Source: Thecamonas trahens ATCC 50062
Taxonomy: Eukaryota; Protista; Apusomonadida
Direction of reading: 5' to 3'
Assembly: GCF_000142905.1 (NCBI RefSeq)
Contig: NW_013657639.1
Span: 122,429 to 154,613 of the forward strand
Length of the DNA: 32,185 bases
Shown: positions 22,657 to 32,185 of the stretch, in pieces
Numbering within the stretch: the stretch's first letter is position 1
Layout: every line of letters starts with the position of its first letter
Notes under the pieces: model-generated
What the model was told of the DNA's origin: nothing
The model's database searches: none
The model's input: only the letters and a program-made list of their open reading frames with translations
Translations under genes and position numbers: made by a program

Positions 22657-24542
22657 CTACACCACGCACCCGAGGCGGCCCGAGCTCGCCCGCGTTTCGG
22701 CTATCGCATCCAGCTCTGCGCTAAGCAGCCACTGAGCGAGCGAGGCGTCTTCTTCGCGCCGTGCCAGCGAGCGCGCCTCGCCGAGCCCGTCGTCTCGGCA
22801 CATTTCCCATGCCCGCGCCTTCTGCACTCTCAGCGGTACCATGGCGCGAGTTGTCGCAGTGCCGAGCTCGGACAAGGAATCCTTCACCTGCCATGCCTCT
22901 AGCACCCGGTTGATCGCGTGACGGGCGCCGGTCAGTCCGGTATCGTCGCGCGCCGCTTCAGAGACGCCAGCCTTGAGCATCGCCCGAGTCGGGTCCGACG
23001 ACTTGAGCCACATCGGGCCTGTGCCAAAGACATGCTTGCTTCCACCGAGCACAATGGCATCCGGCTGCGCGTCGCGCAAGACCGTGCCAAAGTCGAGGCT
23101 TCTCGCCAGCGAGCCGGGCAAAGGCGCCGCAAGCCAGTCGGCGAACCACGGCGCGGCCGGATCGTAGACCACCACGTCGAGCTCGCAGAACAGCAGGCCG
23201 TGGAGCGCTCCCAGTACCGCCGATGCCTGCCCGGCTTCGTCGGCAGAGGCATGCTTGGCCAGCGACAGCATGGCAAAGCCGGCCTCGGAGAGCGCTGCGA
23301 GCACGTGCGCAGGCGCGCCGGCCGGAATAAGAACCAGCGCGTCGACGAGGCTCGGCGACGCCCGTGCCAGCAGCGCGGTGTGGAGCACAACCGAGTCGAG
23401 GGTGGCATCAGGAAGGAGTGGATAGACGAGAACAAGGCGGAAGAACAGCTGATTTGCCTGCGGATACGCGGCTCCGCTTACTGCGGCAAACTCAATGTCG
23501 GCGTACGGGTGCGGGAGGCGGATCATGCCGTCGCCGTGGCGGCCAAACCCGCAATGGGTCGGCATCAGTGGCCAGTAGTTGAGCGAGGTCAACGCCGGGG
23601 CGGCGGCCGACTCGACTTGCTTGCGCTCGGCCTCGGAAAAGACCGGAAGCCACGAGTGCGAGCGCTTGAGGCGGCCGCGGGCCGAAGTCGCTACCGCGCA
23701 GGATATGCGATGATCTGGCACCGGAACACCAAGGTAGTCGAGCATGGTCTTGAGCCAGTAGCCGGGATCAGCGCGCATGTCCTCGTACCGCACCACCAGC
23801 GGGGCGTCGGCCAAGACGAGATGCGCGAACTTACGGTTTGGCGCGGCCCAGTAGCGGAAGAAAGCGGCCCAGAGCGAGGCCTCGGGCTGGAGGCGGGCCT
23901 TGTACTTGATCCAGGCATCGAGCGAGCCCTCGTCGACATGCGACAACGAAGTCAAGTAATGAAACTTAGAGACGATGGCATCGAGCGGATTACGGACGAG
24001 GATGATGGCCTTGCGCCAGGTATCGGCGGCAATGTCGCCCATGCCGCCGCGATGGGTCTTGACCAGCAGCGTCCGGGCGTAGTCGGCCATGGTCACTCCC
24101 TCGCCGTGCATCCCGGCGCTGATGAGCCCTGTGTCATTGTAGATCGACGAGGTCACCACTCCAGACGCCATCTCCAGCATCTCGCGGCACCACGTGTTGC
24201 CCGAGCCCGGATACGAAGCCAGCGCCGACGGCGGCCAGGCCAGTGGCGGGAGGATGACCGCCTGCCTGGCCTCGCATCCGCCGCCTGGCTCAGCCCACCG
24301 AGCCTTCACCTCTGGTGGCACAGGAAGCAGCGCGTTGGGTGCAGGCCCCTTGTCCGTTTCGACCGCCCATCCCCACCCCCGCCGCTGCTCAGGCCGAGTC
24401 GCCCTGGTGAGGCTCGCGTGTGCCCAAGCGGCAGGACCGCCAGCTGGGCCACCACTGCTGCGCCAATGGCAAGTGCAAGCACTCGCTGCGCCCACCACCA
24501 TCCGCCGCGCTGGGCTCCTCGGTGTGGCATCTGCTGCGCCAT
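22657..24542 (-). CDS. Type II membrane sulfotransferase (WSCD-like) with degenerate C-terminal glycosyltransferase-like domain; frameshift in the G-runs at 24366-24380
   Basis: 5'-PSB LASYPGSGNTW, LVKTH, 3'-PB LVRNPLDAIVS, VRYEDM; N-terminal anchor WWWAQRVLALAIGAAVVAQLAVLPL in the adjacent frame from ATG 24542. Confidence 0.8.
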
Positions 24543-24700
24543 GGAATGCAGGCGGAGAAGCAGAGAGGGGAGAGGAGTGGAAAGGAGGGGAGGGGAGGGG
24601 GGACGAGGCTGTTGAGGTGACGGTTCATTGCCAGGTACAGTGCGTGCAGTGCGTGTGCTGTGGTTGGATGAAGTGCAAGTGTGCGTGCGTGATTGCAGGT

Positions 24701-24756
24701 GCGATGTGGTGGTGTGGTGATGTGGTGATGTGGTGATGTGGTGATGTGGTGGTGTG
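24701..24756. repeat. (GTGATGTG)n 8-mer tandem repeat
   Basis: About 7 imperfect units. Confidence 0.85.
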
Positions 24757-24851
24757 CTGGTGGTGGGGTACTGGTGGTGGCTGGCCAGGCGCACCACCAG
24801 AGGGTGCGCGGCAGGTGACGGGCCGCGGTAGACGGAGAGAAAGTGGCCGCC

Positions 24852-26456
24852 TCAGAGGTTAAAGCCGTCAGAGGGCACGCTGGGCATGTCCTGGTTGAAG
24901 GCGTAATGGCCGTCGGTGGCCTGCGGGGCGTTGTCGAGATCGTCGTCCGAGTCGCCGGAGAAGAAGCGGGTGATGATGGTGACGGCCTTCTTGTACACGT
25001 CGTGGTTCTGGTGGGACTGGATCTTGTCGAGCTTCTCGACACCGCCGGCCTCGTCGACCATGGCCGCGTACTCGTTGAAGCCCAAGGTCTTCGCGTCGAG
25101 CTCGCCGACCTTGAGGATCTTCTCGAGGCCCTCAAGAGCGACGATGATGATGCCCGGGTCGTTGACGAGGAGCAGGTCGCAGAGCGGCGGGATGGCGCCG
25201 CGCGAGACGATGTAGCGAATGTGCTCGGGCGAGCCGCCGGAGGTGAGGTTGGAGATGGCCCAGGCAGCCTCGCGCTTGGTCTTGAAGAACGTTGAGGTGT
25301 TGAGGATGTCGATGAGCGGGCCGATGAGGTTGGCGTCGATGACGGCCTTGATCTGGTGCTTGTTGCCTGCGGTGATGTTGGAGATGGTCCAGCACGCCTC
25401 CTTCTTGATGTTCTCCTTGGCCGATCCGAGAAGGAAGAGGAGGCACGGAAGGACGGCGCAGTTGAGAACGCACTGAGTCTGCACGTCGTTGCCGGTCACA
25501 ATGTTGCCGACGGTGCGGAGAGCCGGGACCTGGACCGACGGCGAGTGGTGCGAGAGGAGCTCGACAACGCGACGGCAGACGCCAGCGTCGATGACCTGCT
25601 GGATGCGGGCGTCGGCGCCGTCCGAGAGGTACGAGAGCGCCCAGAGAGCGTCGGTGAGGACCTCGTCGTCGTTCGAGTAGATGAGGCGGGCGAGCGTCGG
25701 GAGCGCCGGCGAGACGTACGACCAGTCCGGCTGCGGCTTGCCGCGGCAGAGGTTCGAGAGCGTCCAAGTCGCGTTGCGCATCATGGACAGCTTCGACGCC
25801 GCGGTCAGGTTGTACAGCAGCGGCTCCATGACGTTGCAGCTGAGCACGTAGTCGCGGCACTGGGTCGAGTCGCCGGCAATGTTGCCCAGGCACCACACCA
25901 CCTGCTCGCGCACGTCCGGGTTGCCCTTGGAGAGGAGCTTGACCAGGAGCGGGACGGCCTGGTTGGTGATGACATGCCGGGTCTGGTACGACTGGCCCGA
26001 GGCAATGTTTGTCAGCGCCCACGCGGCCTCAAACTGCAGCTGCGGGTGGTCGTACGCCTCGAGGAACTGCACAAAGATCGGGACCGCGCCGTTGTCGATG
26101 ACAAGGTCAATCGGCGGGTTCATCTCAATCGAGAGCAGCTTGCGGAAGAGCATGCACGACTCGAGCATGAGCTTCGGGTCGTTCGACGTGATCTGCTGCA
26201 TCATCAGCGGGAGCTTGTCGATCCTCTGCTCGCCGCTGGGGTCGGTGGTGAACCCAGCCTCCTCGGCAACAACAGCCTCCTCGCCGGCAAGCCCTGCCTG
26301 CCGCCGCTTGCGGAGCTTCTCGTTCTTCTTCTTCTTGCGGATCGAAATCGTCGTCTTCTCGCGCTGCCGCCGCGCGTCCGTCGCCGAAATGCCGGCCTTG
26401 TACGACTCCTGTCGCGCCTTCTGGCGCTCGCTCATGTCGTCACCAAAGGGATCCAT
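24852..26456 (-). CDS. KPNA: Importin subunit alpha (karyopherin alpha)
   Basis: IBB domain (YKAG..DARRQRE..IRKKKKNEKLRKRR); ARM repeats LQFEAAWALTNIASG, QVVWCLGNIAGDS, NATWTLSNLCRGKP, PALRTVGNIVTG, KEACWTISNITAG. Confidence 0.97.
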   Translation of the reverse strand: MDPFGDDMSERQKARQESYKAGISATDARRQREKTTISIRKKKKNEKLRKRRQAGLAGEEAVVAEEAGFTTDPSGEQRIDKLPLMMQQITSNDPKLMLESCMLFRKLLSIEMNPPIDLVIDNGAVPIFVQFLEAYDHPQLQFEAAWALTNIASGQSYQTRHVITNQAVPLLVKLLSKGNPDVREQVVWCLGNIAGDSTQCRDYVLSCNVMEPLLYNLTAASKLSMMRNATWTLSNLCRGKPQPDWSYVSPALPTLARLIYSNDDEVLTDALWALSYLSDGADARIQQVIDAGVCRRVVELLSHHSPSVQVPALRTVGNIVTGNDVQTQCVLNCAVLPCLLFLLGSAKENIKKEACWTISNITAGNKHQIKAVIDANLIGPLIDILNTSTFFKTKREAAWAISNLTSGGSPEHIRYIVSRGAIPPLCDLLLVNDPGIIIVALEGLEKILKVGELDAKTLGFNEYAAMVDEAGGVEKLDKIQSHQNHDVYKKAVTIITRFFSGDSDDDLDNAPQATDGHYAFNQDMPSVPSDGFNL

Positions 26457-27117
26457 GCTTAATCCTGCGCCGGTGTCGTTGCTGTAGTGAGTTGGCTGTC
26501 TCTCGCTTCAAACTGCGCGTGCCGGCCGGGTCAAACCAAAGCGGTCGCGCTTCGCGGCTTTTGTGGCTCCCGAAAAGATCCCAAACAGCAAGCGGGGCGG
26601 CTAGAAAAGGGGAGGGGGGGGGGGGGGGGGGGAAGGGCCTACGGCAGCGCAGGAGGGACAACTAAGGGGGGAGTGGGTGTACGGGGTGTAGCCTCGTCGG
26701 TGTCTGGGGCAGGGGCTCGTGACTCGGCTGTGCCATGAGCAGCATCCGCATGTGGCGCCGCGAAGAGTGCGACACGCGAGGCGAACATGGCCAAGATGTC
26801 CCAATGTACGTCGGCGAGCGCGCGCTTCGCAGCCGGACCGACGAGATTTACACCGGCACATATGCGGAGCGTGTGATGGTGAAGTGCTCACCCGTGGGCA
26901 TACCTGCCTTGGTAGCATGATGGGGTACAAGATAGGGGTGAAGATGGGAGGGAGAGTGCAACAATGGGGAAGGGTGGGGTGTGTATGGGGTGGGAGGGGG
27001 GACATACTTTTAGATTCCTTGTTCAAACTTTCGGGAGACGGGTGTGACCAATGCAAGGCGCGGATAGCTATCAACAATTAATTCGAAGGAATGAATGAGG
27101 GCAGGAATGCATGGCCA

Positions 27118-27484
27118 TTGGTTCGTTTGTTCGTTCATTGTCATCGTTCAGTGTCATCGTTCGTTCGTTCGTTCGTTCGTTCGTTCGTTCGTTCGCTCGT
27201 TCATTGGTTCGTTCGTTCGTTCGTTCGTTGTCATCGTTCGTTCGTTCGTTCGTTCGTTCGTTCGTTCATTGTCATCGTTCAGTGCCATCGTTCGTTCGTT
27301 AGTTCGCTCGTTCGTTCGTTCGTTCGCTCGTTCATCGGTTCGTTCATTGTCATCGTTCAGTGCCATCGTTCGTTCGTTCGTTCGTTCGTTCGTTCGTTCG
27401 TTCGTTCATTGGTTCGTTCATTGGTTCGTTCATTGTCATCGTTCATTGTCATCGTTCGTTCGTTCGTTCGTTCGTTCGTTCGTT
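27118..27484. repeat. (GTTC)n tetranucleotide satellite with interspersed CATTGTCATC / CAGTGCCATC modules
   Basis: Directly visible. Confidence 0.95.
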
Positions 27485-28448
27485 GGCTGCTTGGCTGTGG
27501 TTCATTGCTTGGCCGACGGCATGCAATTCACGGCCATTTCCTGTTTCCTTTGCCAACCTTGCACACGCGACAGCGACACGTGGCAGGGGATTGGACGGCA
27601 CCACTTGTCCACAGCAAAGCCCAGTGCTCTCTCTCCCCGCTGGTGCCAACACAGTGTGAGTGTGCAACTTCATGGCTTCATCCTGCGAACTCTGCTCCCA
27701 CAAGGCGGCCCAGAGTGACGGCGAGTACGTCGCAAGCCAACCTCTCCAACCAGACGCACTCGCACACACTAGGCCGAGACCAGTCCTCCGCCGCCCTCCC
27801 CCATACCCCGGCCTCCGTATGGTCTTGCCCCACACCACCTCTTCCTGCAGCATGGTCGTCAAGTTGCTCAGTGCCATCGTTCGTTCGTTAGTTCGCTCGT
27901 TCGTTCGTTCGTTCGCTCGTTCATCGGTTCGTTCATTGTCATCGTTCAGTGCCATCGTTCGTTCGTTCGTTCGTTCGTTCGTTCGTTCGTTCGTTCATTG
28001 GTTCGTTCATTGGTTCGTTCATTGTCATCGTTCATTGTCATCGTTCGTTCGTTCGTTCGTTCGTTCGTTCGTTGGCTGCTTGGCTGTGGTTCATTGCTTG
28101 GCCGACGGCATGCAATTCACGGCCATTTCCTGTTTCCTTTGCCAACCTTGCACACGCGACAGCGACACGTGGCAGGGGATTGGACGGCACCACTTGTCCA
28201 CAGCAAAGCCCAGTGCAGAAGCCCCCCTCTCTCTCCCCGCTGGTGCCAACACAGTGTGAGTGTGCAACTTCATGGCTTCATCCTGCGAACTCTGCTCCCA
28301 CAAGGCGGCCCAGAGTGACGGCGAGTACGTCGCAAGCCAACCTCTCCAACCAGACGCACTCGCACACACTAGGCCGAGACCAGTCCTCCGCCGCCCTCCC
28401 CCATACCCCGGCCTCCGTATGGTCTTGCCCCACACCACCTCTTCCTGC
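27279..28448 (+). repeat. Tandem duplication: 27279-27848 and 27868-28448, near-identical
   Basis: Both copies run from TCAGTGCCATCG to CTTCCTGC; they differ in GTTC count and a short insertion near 28217; 19-nt spacer. Confidence 0.92.
27868..28073. repeat. Second (GTTC)n satellite block
   Basis: Directly visible. Confidence 0.95.
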
Positions 28449-31077
28449 CGCAGACCACCACCTTTTGGCCCTCTGGGCCTTCCCTCTCCCTCCTCCCTCC
28501 GTTAACCTATGCCACCTCACTCCAACCCCTCCCTCCCTCCCTCCCTCTCCCACCAACAGAACGGTACACGTCGACGGACTGGGGCACTGCCATCTACGAT
28601 GCCTGCGATGCAACGTGTGTGTGGTGGCGCTGACGCCGCTGACGGCGACGGTGCGTGATGACCAGGTCTTCTGTGTCCTACATGCTGCTTCGGCTGGACG
28701 CCAGCGGCCGCCGGCCGGCTCGAGCTCGGCCGACGGCTCGGCCGGGCCGAGCGAAGGGCTGCGGACGCCTGCGCTGAGCGCTGGATCGGACGATCCACTC
28801 CTGCGTGCAGCGTCGTCGGATGAGATTGTGCTCTCGTCGCCGTCGGCGACCGAGGCCGTTGACGACGCGCTGCCGGACGGCGCCGAGCATCCGCCGCTGC
28901 GAATGAGGCGGCGCGGGTCGATGATGCGACATGAGCGCGAGGCGCGGTCGCGGTCGCGGGCCAACGGTGCGACCATTATGATTGAGGCGCTGCCGCTGCC
29001 GGTGGCGGTCAATACCGAGCGCCGGGTGTCGACAGCGGCGCGGCGGGCCAACACGCGCCACATCCTGCGGTCGTCGACGCAATTATCCGATGCTGAGCTG
29101 GCTGCCGCCGGGCTGTCAGCGAGCGCCGCGGGGACTGAGAGTCATGCGCATGGACTGGAGCTTGCCAAGGAGCCAATCGGCCAGGCGGTTTCGACAAAGA
29201 AGCGCAAGCAGTCGCTGGCGCCATCAGTTGGCTTGAGTGAGAGCGCCACCGGGCTGCCGCAAGCGACTGTCTCGGCGTCAGCAAGCCAGCCAACAGGAGC
29301 CCGCCGCAGCAGGAGCGGGGCGTCGGCGGTCGCGGCGTCGATCGGCTCGTCGCTCTCGTCCGAGTCGTCGCCGGCCGGGACCAGCTCGGTGGCATCGGCG
29401 GAGCAAGGTGCCGAGAGCGTGGCCATGCACCCGCGTTTCTCATTCTACTCTGTGCGGGCGTCGTCCTCGCTCGGGCGAAGCGACCGGCTGTACGGCGACG
29501 AGGACATTGACTCTGCGTTTGCGTTTGAGAGCGATTATGACGAGGACGATGAAGGCGACGACGATGGCGAGAGCCATGCAGGCGGCCGGCTCGCACCAGC
29601 GTCGCCCATCTCCATCCGGTCTCGGCTCAGCACGGTTGGCCCGCGACGAGTGGCTGAGTCGATCGAGTCTGCGGCAACGCCGCCGGGCCGGACCCCGCTG
29701 GCGAGCCTGTTTGTGGACGACGATGACGGCTGCGCCGACGGCGTAGCAGCGGCCAGCAGACTCGACCCTGCGCTGCACGGCGCAACGCCTGCAGAGACGG
29801 TGCAGCGGTACATGCAGCATCTCGAAGCGGCAAACGGTGGGCTGGTCATCCGTCCGGGGAGCGGGCCCGAGTCGGGCCGAATTCGGGCTGGGACGGCCGA
29901 GGTGCTGGTGGAGCGACTGACGTACCACCGCAATCCAGACCCGGAGTTTGTGCGGACGATGCTGTTGACGTACCGATCGTTTCTGACGTCTGAAGAGCTG
30001 CTGGAAATGCTCGGGCGGCGGTTGAAGTGTCCGGTGCCTATGGCGCTGGCGAACGACGACGAGCTTGCAGCGGCGTTTGAGACAACGGTGGCACGGCCTG
30101 TCCGGCTCCGGGTCTTCTCTGTGGTCAAGTATTGGATGGTGACGCACTTTACGTATGATTTCTCGGGCTCAGCGGCGATGAATGCAGCTCTGGACGTGTT
30201 TGAAGAGCGGCTGTGTGAGGAGCTCCCGGGACTCGGTGCGCGGCTGGTGAGCCAGCTTGCGCGGCTGCGGAGCGGTGGCAACAACCAGCGGTTTGTGGCG
30301 TCAGGATCTGCACCTGCGCCCAAGGTGCCCAGGGCTCTGGGTGCCGGGGCCATGACGGTGCTCGATGTGGACCCAACCGAGCTGGCGCGGCAGCTGACGC
30401 TGATGGAGATGGAGATGTACCGGGCCATTCAGCCGTATGAGTGCCTCAACAAGGCGTGGTCACAGTCTGCGGTCGAGGCGCCGCATATCATTGCGCTTGC
30501 CAAGCGGTTCAACTATGTCTCGAGGTGGGTCTCGACGCTGGTCATCACCCTCGGCGGGTCTGCCGTCAAGCGGCGTGCAGCAGTGATGAAGCACTTTCTG
30601 GCGGTGGCAAAGGCGTGCCGAGCGCTCAACAACTTTAACGGAGTGATGGAGGTGCTTTCGGGCCTGCACTCGAGTCCGGTGTATCGGCTGAAGAAGACGT
30701 GGGCAGCCCTGTCCAAGTCTGCCACGTCGACGCATGCCGAGCTCGACGCGCTTGTCTCGACCGACGGCAACTACAAGAACATGCGCGAGCTGCTACGGTT
30801 TGTGGAGCCGCCGGCGCTGCCGTACCTCGGCATCTTCCTGTCGGACCTGACGTTCATCGAAGACGGCATGGCCGACCGGGTCGGCGCCGACGAGCTGGTC
30901 AACTTTACCAAGCTGCGGCACATCGGCGTCGTCATCTCGGGCATTCAGATGTTCCAGCAGCTGCCATATGCACTCGAGCCGCTATCTGCCCTGCAAAGCT
31001 GGATCCTGGGCCACACCCTTGTCGACGAGAACGATCAGTATGCGCTCTCGCTCAAGTACGAGCCGAGGAAGAGCTAG
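28272..31077 (+). CDS. LIM-domain Ras guanine-nucleotide exchange factor (LIM, REM, CDC25); join(28272..28324,28560..31077)
   Basis: Spliced N-terminus gives C-x2-C-x20-H-x2-C-x2-C-x2-C-x17-C-x2-H; REM (IRAGTAEVLVERLT, LLTYRSF, RLRVFSVVKYW); CDC25 (PTELARQLTL, LNNFNGVMEV, PVYRLKKTW, PYLGIFLSDLTFIEDG, VNFTK). Confidence 0.9.
28325..28559 (+). other. GT-AG intron of the LIM-RasGEF gene (235 nt, phase 2)
   Basis: GA|GTACGT, C-rich tract, CAACAG|A; removal reconstitutes a full LIM motif. Confidence 0.82.
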
Positions 31078-31081
31078 CGGT

Positions 31082-32110
31082 TTACGTCGACGAGCTTGCC
31101 GACGAGCCGCTGTCCGACGAGCCGCTGGCAGTTGATGTGCCCGAGGCTGAGCTCGAGCTGGTGGCCGATGCCGAGCTCGACGTCGAGCTCGAGCTTGACG
31201 TGGACGAGACCGAGACGGTGGCTCCGGCCTCGAGCATCATGACCATAAAGCTCTTGAACTCGTCGCGATCGACCTTCCCGTCGGCATCGGTGTCAACGCC
31301 CTCCCACACATCCTTGAACTCGCCAGGCGTCATCGGGTCGAGGCCGAGCTGGGCACACGCCGCGTTGGCCGCCTTGCGGATCTCCTTCTTAGACAGGTGG
31401 CCCGACTTGTCCGCGTCGTACTTTTTGAACGCCTTGGCGCAAACCTTCTTCAGCTTCATCGGGTTGTTGAGGATGTGCTCGGGCGTGCTGCCCTTGCTCG
31501 CCTTGCCCTTGGCCTTGGCCGCCTTGCCCTTGGCCTTGGCCGCCTTGGCCTTGCCCTTGCTCGCCTTGCCCTTGCCCGTGGCCTTGCCCTTGCTCGCCTT
31601 GCCCTTGCTCGCCTTGCCCTTGCCCTTGCTCTTGCCCTTGCTTGCGACCTTGCTTGCGACCTTGGCCACAGCAGCGGCCGACGCCGACGACTCCGAGTCC
31701 GAGTCGTGCGAGAGAACGATGCCGGCCTCAAAGGCGTGGCGGACGAGCTCACGGAACTCGAGCAGATCGACCTCACCGTCGTTGTTGGTGTCGATGTCGT
31801 CGTAATACTCGTTGAACTGGGCCTTGGAGAGGGCAGGCATGCCCGCCTGCTCAAAGATGTCATTGACTGCCTTGCGCACCTCGCCGCGGTCCAGCACGCC
31901 CGACTTGTCCGAGTCTGCCGCATTGAATGCCTTCTTGCATGCCTTGTTGAACTTCTTGGCGTCTGTGGGGTTGGGAGGGGTGAGGGGGAGGGGGTGAGGG
32001 GGGTGAGGGGGAGGGGGGTGAGGGTGGTGAGGGGGAGGGGGAGGGGGAGGGGGCGTACCCTTGAGCACGTCTTCGGCATTGCCCTGGGTCACCTTGACCT
32101 TTTTGCCCAT
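31082..32110 (-). CDS. Four-EF-hand Ca-binding protein with Lys/Ala/Gly-rich linker and Ser-rich tail; exons 32110..32059 and 31962..31082
   Basis: EF loops DSDKSGVLDRGE, DTNNDGEVDLLE, DADKSGHLSKKE, DTDADGKVDRDE; the two halves are internally homologous. Confidence 0.88.
   Translation of the reverse strand: MGKKVKVTQGNAEDVLKGTPPPPPPPPHHPHPPPPHPPHPLPLTPPNPTDAKKFNKACKKAFNAADSDKSGVLDRGEVRKAVNDIFEQAGMPALSKAQFNEYYDDIDTNNDGEVDLLEFRELVRHAFEAGIVLSHDSDSESSASAAAVAKVASKVASKGKSKGKGKASKGKASKGKATGKGKASKGKAKAAKAKGKAAKAKGKASKGSTPEHILNNPMKLKKVCAKAFKKYDADKSGHLSKKEIRKAANAACAQLGLDPMTPGEFKDVWEGVDTDADGKVDRDEFKSFMVMMLEAGATVSVSSTSSSSSTSSSASATSSSSASGTSTASGSSDSGSSASSST
31963..32058 (-). other. GT-AG intron (96 nt, in-frame, stop-free)
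   Basis: AAGG|GTACGC, C-rich body, CCACAG|AC; removal aligns EDVLKDAKKFNKACKKAF with second-half EHILNNPMKLKKVCAKAF. Confidence 0.85.
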
Positions 32111-32185
32111 GGTGGAGGTGTGGTGGAGTGGAGTGGAGTGACTTTGCAGCGGCTGGCGGGTGATTGGCTGGCTGGCTGGCGGGTG

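Noticed and set aside
4186-26462. Long antisense or alternate-frame ORFs (e.g. 4186-5331, 21216-22628, 22918-24615, 25356-26462)
   Set aside because: Shadow ORFs expected from high GC3 codon bias opposite well-supported genes; no motifs
27118-28073. CRISPR array or telomeric repeat
   Set aside because: No constant repeat with unique spacers, no cas genes, eukaryotic context; the unit is not telomere-like and is internal
27091-28270. ORFs with FVRS or TNER repeats, and the N-terminal extension of the 1042-aa ORF
   Set aside because: Translation of the stop-free GTTC satellite; the RasGEF start is better explained by the spliced ATG at 28272
109-32110. Functional gene cluster or operon (e.g. 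an endocytic theme)
   Set aside because: Mixed orientations and unrelated housekeeping genes; the shared short motifs are too weak to imply co-regulation

Overview
A gene-dense, GC-rich, intron-poor eukaryotic contig with two N-gaps (9221-9320, 14969-15203). It most likely comes from a unicellular flagellate protist; an apusomonad such as Thecamonas is my unverified guess. It holds about 15 protein genes plus one kinase remnant: a CxxS thioredoxin/DsbA-like + EF-hand protein, a pseudokinase fragment, a Cys-rich folate-receptor-like type I membrane protein, ABCF3/GCN20, an unusual copine (C2-NPF-WW-PH-VWA-WW-UBA), a class IV aminotransferase, a small membrane protein, an S53 sedolisin/TPP1, an acidic-tailed orphan, Fused/STK36 kinase, a WRN/EXD2-like exonuclease, condensin kleisin CAP-H, a sulfotransferase with a degenerate glycosyltransferase-like domain, importin alpha, a LIM-RasGEF and a 4-EF-hand protein with a Lys-rich linker. 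Five GT-AG introns were reconstructed by hand. Six frameshifts in five genes all need one extra base at a G/C homopolymer, most likely a sequencing artefact. A (GTTC)n satellite plus the first RasGEF exon is tandemly duplicated. No rRNA, tRNA, CRISPR or clear transposon was seen. Domain calls come from motif recognition by eye, not database searches.
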